From NCBI GenBank assembly GCA_026985975.1, contig JALSPL010000327.1, positions 1 through 35,857 of the forward strand: a DNA stretch of 35,857 nt, written 5' to 3'. A program made the translations under genes and the position numbers. The notes under the pieces are model-generated. The model saw only the letters and a list, made by a program, of their open reading frames with translations. It ran no database searches and had not been told where the DNA came from. The stretch's first letter is position 1. Every line of letters begins with the position of its first letter. This stretch comes from Anaerolineae bacterium (GTDB taxonomy: Bacteria; Chloroflexota; Anaerolineae; J102). This document shows positions 7,653 through 15,400 of this stretch, one piece after another.

Positions 7653-7722
7653 ATTCAGATGCGAAAAAATCCCATATCTTCTGAATGGCCGTCGTCAGGG
7701 AGCATGAAAACGGCCGTCCAAA

Positions 7723-7752
7723 TTGCATTTCCGCCCCGATTTCAGTTATAAT
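7723..7752 (+). promoter_or_regulatory. sigma70-type promoter for tRNA-Pro
   Basis: TTGCAT (7723-7728) - 18 nt - TATAAT (7747-7752). The tRNA starts 12 nt after the -10. Confidence 0.65.
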
Positions 7753-7763
7753 ACCGAAGGTAT

Positions 7764-7837
7764 CGGGGCGTGGCGCAGTCCGGTAGCGCGCACGGTTCGG
7801 GTCCGTGAGGTCGGAGGTTCAAGTCCTCTCGCCCCGA
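7764..7837 (+). tRNA. tRNA-Pro (anticodon CGG), no encoded CCA
   Basis: CGGGGCG-TG-GCGC-AGTCCGGTA-GCGC-G-CACGG-TTCGGGT-CCGTG-AGGTC-GGAGG-TTCAAGT-CCTCT-CGCCCCG-A. All four stems pair. Confidence 0.92.
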
Positions 7838-7848
7838 CACATTAACAC

Positions 7849-7881
7849 GGGAGCCATCCATGCGGACGGCTCCCGTTTTTT
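7849..7881 (+). terminator. Rho-independent terminator after tRNA-Pro, shared convergently with the minus-strand membrane-protein gene
   Basis: GGGAGCC (7849-7855) / GGCTCCC (7868-7874) followed by GTTTTTT. Confidence 0.8.
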
Positions 7882-7899
7882 ATCGGCGGCGTGGCGGGC

Positions 7900-10347
7900 T
7901 CAGACGGTTGGCGCGGTGACGGCGGATGACGCATTCACCCGCAGGGAAAGCAATGCAGCCAGACCCAACAGATAAATGACGATAGCCAGGGCCATGACCA
8001 GGGAGAAGCCGATGGTCTGAGCCAGCATCACAGAGAGGATGGAGCCCACCACCGAGGCGAAGCCATTGACGCCCCAGGCCCACGGCGTCAGGGGGTCGTT
8101 CACCCGGGCCACCAGCCGGAAGCCCAGGGGGAAGGGCATGCCCATGAGCAGGCCCAGGGGGGCGATGAGCAGAATGGAGAAGAGGATGCGGGCGGGCGTG
8201 GACCAACCCAGGCCCCATTGCAGCACAGGCGGCAGCATGAAGATGTAGACCGCCATGAGTACGGCCAGCGCCGGAATGATCCAGCGCAGCACGCGACGAG
8301 GATCGGTGTTTTGTGGCGCCAGCTTGCTGGAGAGATAGCTGCCCAGGCCGCTGAAAAGCAGCAATGAGAAGAGCACTACCGATAAGGCAAAAGTGGGATG
8401 TCCCAGGAAGAGGATAAAACGCTGCATCAGGCCGATCTCGATGAAGATGAAGCCCGTGCCCAGGGCCACGAAGTAGAGCAGGAAACGTTTGGCGCCGCGG
8501 GTGTTGAGCCCGTCGCGGCGGAAGCGCCACAAAGGCCAGATGATCAGCGCCGTTGCCAGAATCAGCGCCTGGATGAGCAGGATGGTGAGGGTGAGTTTGC
8601 CGCTGCGGAAGGTGCCGAAGTTAGTCCAGCCGTAATACTCGAAGAAGAATGGCTTGTCGTCATCCGTGGGCGAGACGTCCAGGGGATAGCTGTCATAAAA
8701 AGCCTGCTTATCGTCGGCGTTGAAGAAATCGACGAAGGGGTTGCCCTGGGCGTCCAACATGTCGGGCGCATAGAGCACATCGAAGTAGAGCGGCCCGGTG
8801 ATCTCGCGGATACGGGCGATCTCATCGGCGGTGAAAGGCGCTTTCTTCATGATTACATTGGAGGTGTCGCCCGCCCGCACTACGATGAAATGCTGCGAGG
8901 GATCGGTGACGCCGATCTCGGCAAGGGCGGCGGAGCCGATGGTGACCAAGCGCAGGGGCTGGCCCGGCGGATCGAAATACCAACGCCCGATGGCCAACAT
9001 GCCGTTATCGGAAAGATGGCTGATGTAATCCCGAAACGCGTCCTGGGTGTAGAGATAGTTTTCGGTGAGACTGTAAGCGCCGGCCGCGGCCGCGGCCCAG
9101 GTGTCCACCTGCGAAAACTGGATGACATCGTAAACGTCTTTGGATCGGGCCACGAAGTTGCGGCCCTCGGCCACTCGCACATCCACGTTGGGGATATCGC
9201 TGTAAAGCCCGCCCGAGTATTCCCGATACTGGTTCTGCATGATGCCCACAGTCAGGGGGTTGATCTCGGCGGCGGTGACCCGCTTGGGCCGGTTGTACCA
9301 GGCCACCAGCACGTCGATGCCCCCGCCCGGGCCGATAATCAGCACATTGGGCTTTTCTTGCAGGCGATAAACCAGGCTGCTGGGCAGGGCGTTCACCCAC
9401 TGAATCTCCTCCCGCGTGCCTGTCCAGTGGTTGATGGCGGTCATGGCGGCGGCGTCGATGGTGATGAACTTCTGTTCGGAGAGCGGGCCTTTATAAGCGC
9501 CGCTCAGACCCCAGGCCTGTCCCTTCATCCCCGGTTGCGACATTACATCGATACGGCTGAAAGGCGTCCAGCCGGTAAACTCCAGAGTGACATCGGGAAA
9601 GTCCTGCTTGTCGTAGGCGATGTGCAAGGGTTTGCTGGGTGGAATGTAGAGTCTGAAAATCTTGTCTGCGAAGGGCAGAATGATAGCCATCAGCAACAGT
9701 GTGTAAAGGGCGAGGCTGAGGGGTCGGGACCAGACGCGTCGGGCCTCCGGGCTCACAGCGAAGCTGAAGGCCAGAGCGGCCAGGCCGGCGGCGATGCTGG
9801 CCAGCACCACCACCTGCTGGCCCGAAAAAGCGTAGAGAGCCAGCACCACCAGAAAACTGCCGATGCCGGCGCCGATGAGATCGGAAAAATAGAGTTTGCC
9901 CACATCCTGCGACCACACGGAGAAAGCCCGGCCCAGCGTCAGCCCGGCAAAGAAGAAGGGCACAACGATGACCGCATAGTACAGTCCCATGTACAACACC
10001 AGCTCGATGGTGGCGGCCTGCGGATTCGTCGTGCTGGGCAGCAAGGGTTTCAGGGGATCCAGCGGGATGTGCACCATCACGAAAAAGGCGACGAGGACGC
10101 TGATGCTGTAAAGCAGGGTGCTGCGGGTGAGCTTGGCGTAGATATCACCCTTGAACGCGTCGCGGCGCACGGCCAGCCATGAGCCGCTGGCCCCAAAACC
10201 CAGCAGCGCCGTGCTGATGATCATAAATCCGAATTGATACCACAGCGACACGCTGAAAACACGCGTCAGAGCAATCTCCAGCACCAACGTGCTGAGCGCA
10301 ATGAGAAAAATGCCCAGATAGAGAGGAAGATGGCGTCGGAAGGACAC
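7900..10347 (-). CDS. polytopic membrane protein with central spermidine-synthase-like (class I SAM-dependent) domain
   Basis: N-terminal (~7) and C-terminal (~6) TM helix bundles flank a soluble domain. That domain carries the SAM-binding motif VLIIGPGGGIDV, then AAEINP and DVIQFSQVD, as in SpeE-type aminopropyltransferases. The start is proposed at GTG 10347 (VSFRRHLPLYLG...) with GGAG 6 nt upstream. The track start at 10434 adds 29 non-hydrophobic codons. Confidence 0.75.
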   Translation of the reverse strand: MSFRRHLPLYLGIFLIALSTLVLEIALTRVFSVSLWYQFGFMIISTALLGFGASGSWLAVRRDAFKGDIYAKLTRSTLLYSISVLVAFFVMVHIPLDPLKPLLPSTTNPQAATIELVLYMGLYYAVIVVPFFFAGLTLGRAFSVWSQDVGKLYFSDLIGAGIGSFLVVLALYAFSGQQVVVLASIAAGLAALAFSFAVSPEARRVWSRPLSLALYTLLLMAIILPFADKIFRLYIPPSKPLHIAYDKQDFPDVTLEFTGWTPFSRIDVMSQPGMKGQAWGLSGAYKGPLSEQKFITIDAAAMTAINHWTGTREEIQWVNALPSSLVYRLQEKPNVLIIGPGGGIDVLVAWYNRPKRVTAAEINPLTVGIMQNQYREYSGGLYSDIPNVDVRVAEGRNFVARSKDVYDVIQFSQVDTWAAAAAGAYSLTENYLYTQDAFRDYISHLSDNGMLAIGRWYFDPPGQPLRLVTIGSAALAEIGVTDPSQHFIVVRAGDTSNVIMKKAPFTADEIARIREITGPLYFDVLYAPDMLDAQGNPFVDFFNADDKQAFYDSYPLDVSPTDDDKPFFFEYYGWTNFGTFRSGKLTLTILLIQALILATALIIWPLWRFRRDGLNTRGAKRFLLYFVALGTGFIFIEIGLMQRFILFLGHPTFALSVVLFSLLLFSGLGSYLSSKLAPQNTDPRRVLRWIIPALAVLMAVYIFMLPPVLQWGLGWSTPARILFSILLIAPLGLLMGMPFPLGFRLVARVNDPLTPWAWGVNGFASVVGSILSVMLAQTIGFSLVMALAIVIYLLGLAALLSLRVNASSAVTAPTV

Positions 10348-10370
10348 AGGCGACTCCTGTAAGAAAACAA

Positions 10371-10383
10371 GGTGCAATGCACC
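10371..10383. promoter_or_regulatory. 13-bp perfect palindrome GGTGCA-A-TGCACC upstream of the membrane SpeE-like gene (candidate operator)
   Basis: It lies 24-36 nt upstream of the proposed GTG start. The T7 tract at 10394-10400 (rc) may end the upstream YabN-like transcript. Confidence 0.3.
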
Positions 10384-10467
10384 CTTATGCGAAGATGCAA
10401 AAAAATCGGCGGCCCTGCAAACGCCAGGACACACCGATGGCTATTTTAGACCGGTTAGAGGGGGATG

Positions 10468-11862
10468 TCAATCTCGGGCGTCCAGCCATTGCCGCCATAA
10501 CGCCTCTTTTTCCCGATCATCCAGTTCCAGAAAATCCTGATCCCGGGCCGCGGCCTGCGCCTCCAGCGCCAGCAGCGCCTTGCGCAGGCGAGCCGTCGCG
10601 GCCCGCAGCGCCGCCTCTGCGTCCAGATCCGCCACCTGCGCCAATTCGACCAAGACCAGCAGACGACGGCCCAGCTCTTTCTCGGTCAACGGCTCCGGTT
10701 CGGGCAGGGGATAGCCCACCCGCGAGAGGCGGGAAACGGTGGTTTGGGCCTTGGCCAGCGCTGGCAGCGCCGCGGCGATGCCGTCCAGCAGCGTTTTCTT
10801 CTTCTCAGCCTCACCGTTTTGCTTGCGCTCCTCGCGTTTGATAGCCTCCCAGTTGCGGGCCACATCATCGGCGTTTTGCACGCTGACATCGCCAAAAACG
10901 TGGGGATGACGGCGGATGAGTTTCTCCACCACATGCCGGATCACGTCCGCCAGCTTGAATTCCCCCTCTTCGGTGGCGATCTGCACGTGCAGGGCCACCT
11001 GAATCAGCAGATCGCCCAACTCCTCCTTCAAGGCGTCGCTATCCTCCGCATCCAGCGCATCCAGCACCTCGTAAGTCTCTTCCAGCAGATAAGGACGCAG
11101 ACTCTGATGGGTTTGCTTACGATCCCAGGGGCAGCCGTTTGGCGCCCGCAGATGGGCGATGATCTCCTGTAAATCAGCATAGGTGGCGGCGTAAGACAGG
11201 GGCGGAACCCAGAGCGTGGTCAGATCATCCAGCGCATCGCTCCGATCCAGCTCGTAGAGCGGCATCTGTTGCAGCCGCAAATCAAGCGATCCCGCGCCGG
11301 AGATGAGCGTGACAGGATGATCATCGGGATAGGCGTTCATCAGCGTCAATTTGACATCGCCCGCCAGCAAACGGCTGTAGAGCTGGGGGACCAACAAGCC
11401 CATGCCCTGCGAACCGCGAGGATGATGGGTCTCGGCCAGGGTCTGGGCGTCCACCACTTGCACGCCGCGGATGGGGTCTTCGTTCAGGGCGGCGAAGGTG
11501 GGTTCCAGAAAGCTGACAGCGGGATGGATGGTGACGGGGATATCGAGCGCCGCCGCCTGCTGCCGAATGAGTTGCGGCGTGATCTCGGCCACGGTTGGGT
11601 CGCCGGGCACGGCGTAGATGACGTCGCCCTCACGGCCGCGGGCCACGACATCAGCGGCGATGGCGGCGTAAACCGCAGCGAAATCCTCATGGCTTTCATA
11701 AAGATGATCATAGCTGTGGACGACGGTCTGGCGAGCGACTTCAGCCACGGCGGGGTGCTGGCGGGTGCGCACCCAGATTTCGGATGACGATTTGATGAGG
11801 GACCAGGCTTGCCGGGTGATGAGTTCAGGATCGCCCGGCCCCAGGCCGATGATATGAATCAT
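10468..11862 (-). CDS. YabN-like fusion: N-terminal tetrapyrrole(SAM)-methylase-fold domain + C-terminal MazG nucleoside-triphosphate pyrophosphohydrolase
   Basis: The N-terminus MIHIIGLGPGDPELIT...VIYAVPGDP matches the TP_methylase fold. The MazG core reads CPWDRKQTHQSLRPYLLEETYEVLDAL...LKEELGDLLIQVALH...VVEKLIRRHPHVFG. Confidence 0.85.
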   Translation of the reverse strand: MIHIIGLGPGDPELITRQAWSLIKSSSEIWVRTRQHPAVAEVARQTVVHSYDHLYESHEDFAAVYAAIAADVVARGREGDVIYAVPGDPTVAEITPQLIRQQAAALDIPVTIHPAVSFLEPTFAALNEDPIRGVQVVDAQTLAETHHPRGSQGMGLLVPQLYSRLLAGDVKLTLMNAYPDDHPVTLISGAGSLDLRLQQMPLYELDRSDALDDLTTLWVPPLSYAATYADLQEIIAHLRAPNGCPWDRKQTHQSLRPYLLEETYEVLDALDAEDSDALKEELGDLLIQVALHVQIATEEGEFKLADVIRHVVEKLIRRHPHVFGDVSVQNADDVARNWEAIKREERKQNGEAEKKKTLLDGIAAALPALAKAQTTVSRLSRVGYPLPEPEPLTEKELGRRLLVLVELAQVADLDAEAALRAATARLRKALLALEAQAAARDQDFLELDDREKEALWRQWLDARD

Positions 11863-11959
11863 AACTGCTGCTCACTGTGAATAGAATGACTGGACACTGG
11901 CGTTTTTTGCTTTGAACTCAATTTCAACCCGGAATGTTACTGATAATCTCTTCCCGGGA

Positions 11960-12039
11960 GACAAAAATGGACGAATGTAGACGAAAAGTGACGATTCTTT
12001 TTCGTCAATCTTCGTCCTTTGGTCTATTTTCGTCAGATC
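11960..12039. repeat. 80-nt phased-hexamer inverted-repeat element, copy B
   Basis: GACGAA at 11970 and 11980, and GACGAT at 11990 (10-bp phase). TTCGTC at 12001, 12011 and 12029. It aligns with 4149-4228 with small indels. Confidence 0.85.
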
Positions 12040-12107
12040 ATTGGTAACTGCTAAGGTAGCCTGCCTGAGCGTCATTTGCGCCTTGAGTCGGATACTTTTT
12101 TAGCCAT

Positions 12108-12197
12108 AGCGTCAATCGTAAAACGTCAAACGTCATCATCTTGTATTGAAACGCCTCCTGTGACAGCGCTTTCTGACGTTTGACGCATGACGTTTGA
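12108..12197. repeat. inverted array of tandem heptamers (AACGTCA x2 / TGACGTT-TGACGCA-TGACGTT)
   Basis: CGTCAAACGTCA (12124-12135) is the exact complement of TGACGTTTGACG (12174-12185). The right arm has three heptamers at 12174, 12181 and 12188 (7-bp phase). Confidence 0.8.
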
Positions 12198-12360
12198 AGA
12201 ATTTTTGCAGAAGTCATCATGTTTTTCAATGGCGTACCTGCGCATACGTAAGCAGTCACGATCATTGGATATGATGCGTACGAAGCCAGGCGCAATTTCA
12301 TTTTCGCCAGACTCCAGTAGAATGATTTATCCCGCATTATACGTCAGCTTCGGCGTACAT

Positions 12361-12390
12361 AAAGAAAGGCGGAGCCTTTCGACTCCGCCC
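12361..12390 (-). terminator. Rho-independent terminator after the 1,722-aa surface-protein gene
   Basis: The minus strand reads GGCGGAG-tcgaaagg-CTCCGCC followed by TTTCTTT, about 25 nt past the stop. Confidence 0.75.
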
Positions 12391-12413
12391 TGTACGAGAA
12401 ATGGCGATTGCGC

Positions 12414-15400
12414 TCAATGTGATTCTTGCAACACCCAAAGCTGGTTGGCCAGTTTTGCGCCCACAAAAATCTGACTGCCGGCATCGTCGACAGCGACGCC
12501 AAAGGGGCCCCTGCCCACAGGGATGTTTTTGACGATGACATTGGTGGGAGCGTCCAGCACCGAGACGGAATTGGATTGCATACTGGGAATGAAGACATGT
12601 CCGGTGCGGGCGTCTATGCCAATGCGCCCGGATGCGTCGTCGCCGATATCAGGCAAAGCCACAGTGGCGATACGCTTCAGTCCCCGAGCAGTCACGTTAA
12701 ACACGCCCAGCCTTGCGCCAAAACCAGGCCCGCGATAAGTGACATACAACCGGGCGTTATAGCGATTGTAAGCCAAGGCGTATACCGAACCGACGACATC
12801 CTGCGTGTTGACGCGATAGCTGTCGAGAATGCTCCAGGTGGTGGCCGAGACAACGGTGACGGCATTATGATCGCGTGAGCCGACATAGACGCGATTGTTC
12901 GTTTCATCCACCGCCAGCCCAAACGCCCCGCCTGCTACGCCGATTCCGCGCAGTCGGGTGTCGCTGGCGCCGTCGATCTCCTCCAGGCGGTTGCTGTCGT
13001 GAGCGACGACGTAGATGCGGTTGGAGGTCTGGTTCACTGCGATATAGGTGGGAAAATCTCCGACGCTTATTCTTTTGATGACGCGATTCCCGGCGCCGCC
13101 GATGACCGCGATCTCGTTACTAAGGGGGCAGGCCACATAGATTTTGTTGGTGCGGGCGTTGACAGCCACGCCAAAGGGCCGCTGACACACGGGGATCGTG
13201 GCCACATGGTGATAATCTGTCGCGCTGAGCACCAGAACGTCGCCGCTGTCGCGGTTGGTGATGTAGAGGGAGTTGTTGGCGGCGTTCAAGGCGAGATCGT
13301 TGGGAGTGTTGAGCCCGGAAACGCCAGCATTGTGAGGCGTGATCAAAACCGGTCGCGGCGTGGGCGTGGGCGGAACGGGCGTCGGCGTGGGAGGCGCAGG
13401 CGTAGGCGTGGGGGGAATGGGTGTGGGCGTGGGGGGAACCGGCGTAAATGTCGACGTCGGGTAGGCGGCGCTGACGCCGACGTTGGTGATGATGGGCACC
13501 CAAACCTGGTGGGGCATCCCGGCAGGCGGGCCTGGCGTGGGCGTCGGATCATCAATGGCCCCCTGGAGTTGCAAGGTTCCGCAGCGGGTGTGCACATACA
13601 TGGTGAAATCTTCGCCGGCATGACCGCCCGGATAGGTGTAGACGTAACCGCCGTCCTGTTTATGCCAATAGGGCTGATACAATGTCCACGTCACTGGCCC
13701 GGAGTAGGCTTTGATGGTGAAAGTAGTGGAACGCTGCCAGGGCAAGGCATTTACAGACCACACATGAGCGTCATCCCAGAGCGGAATGCTGTAATCCCGT
13801 CCCCAGATATTGAATTCCAACCGACTGGAAGCGTAGCAACCCTGAGGCAGTACAGGCGTGGGCGTCGGCGTGGGCGTATTGCAGGGACAGCCGGGCGTCG
13901 ACGTGGGCGTCAGCATCGGCGTTGGGGTGGGGGTGCTGGTGGGCGTCCACGAGGGGTTGATGGTGGGAGTGTTGGTGGGCGTCTGCGACGGATTTACCGT
14001 GGGAGTGCTGGTGGGCGTCACGGATGTCTGCCGATTCTTGAAACGCACCTGTGTGCAGTTGCGCCCGCTGAAGACCGTCACTTCAAATCGCTCAGAGGTG
14101 ACCGGCTCCCAGCCGCTCTGCATTTCTTCCCACACCTCCCACTGACCAGGCGCCAATCCCTGGAACTCGAAGTAACCGGAGCCGTCGGTCTGGGTGATGT
14201 ATTCAGGATTGGGATTACCTGCGGGGCGGACATGGATACGCCAGTCGGGCAGTCCGACATGCAAATCATCCACTTTGTAGCCGCTGATGCAGCCGGGCTC
14301 GCCGCTGGGCGGTCCCACCGTCACGACCTCGTCATCACTATCCACCACGGGATTGTTCTCATCATCGAAACCCGAGGTGATGGCGACGTTGGTGTGCGTA
14401 TCGCCCTCGCGACCGCGGACAATCTGTTGGAAGGTGCAGGCGTAGCTGCCGCCAACGGGGATAGTTTGAGGCAAAACGCAGTCCCCCATACCGTTCAAGT
14501 CACCATAAACCGAGTCGGCCAGCGTCAGAATATCGATAGGATCAGCGGGACTGGTGTTGCTGATGGTGATGGTGAAAGAAACCACACCGCCCGGCTCGGG
14601 CACGACGCTGGGGCTGGCGGTTTTCGTCAGCACGATGGTGGGCAGCACATCGGTGATGAAGACGTCGGCGTCGTCATTGGCGCTGACGCCGCTGCCATCA
14701 TCATCTGTGCCCGTAGCTGCCACAATATCGGTTTCCACATCCCCGGCATTGCCGCTAACCGTGGCGGTGAAGTGACATTCATAGGATGCGCCCACAGCCA
14801 GCGTCTGAGGAACCGAGCAGTTTCCCTGCCCGTTCAAATTGCCGTGGATGTCATCCGTCAGGGTTTCGATGGTGACTTCGTCGGCGGGGCTGGTGTTGGT
14901 GATGATGACGCTAAAGGTGACAGGACCGCCCGGTTCCGGCAGGCTGGTGGGATTGGCGGTCTTGGTGAGAACGATGGATGCGGGCACGTCGGTGATGTTG
15001 ACAGTTGCGTCATCGCTGGCGTGGACATCGTTGCCGTCGTCATCAGTGCCGGTCACAATGGCGATATTGGTTTCGCTGTCACCGGCATTACCGGTCACTG
15101 TTGTCGAAAAACTGCATGTGTAGGACGCCCCCGCGGCCAGCGTTTGGCCCACTGCACAGTTGCCGCGACCGTTGAGATTGCCGTAGATGGAGTCGGTGAG
15201 CGTATCGATGGTGATGCTATCGACGGCGCTGGTATTGGTGATGCTGAAGGTGAATGTGACGATGCCGCCCGGTTCGGGCACGCTGGTGGGATTGGCGACT
15301 TTGGTCAACGCCAGTGAGGAGGGTGAATCGATGATGCTGACATGGGCGCTGTCGCTGCTCTGCACCGGATTGTTCAGCGTATCGGCCCCGGACGCCGTCA

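Noticed and set aside
8398-10182. 594-aa + strand ORF.
   Set aside because: It is antisense to the membrane SpeE-like gene. The + translation lacks TM helices or motifs, whereas the minus frame has both.
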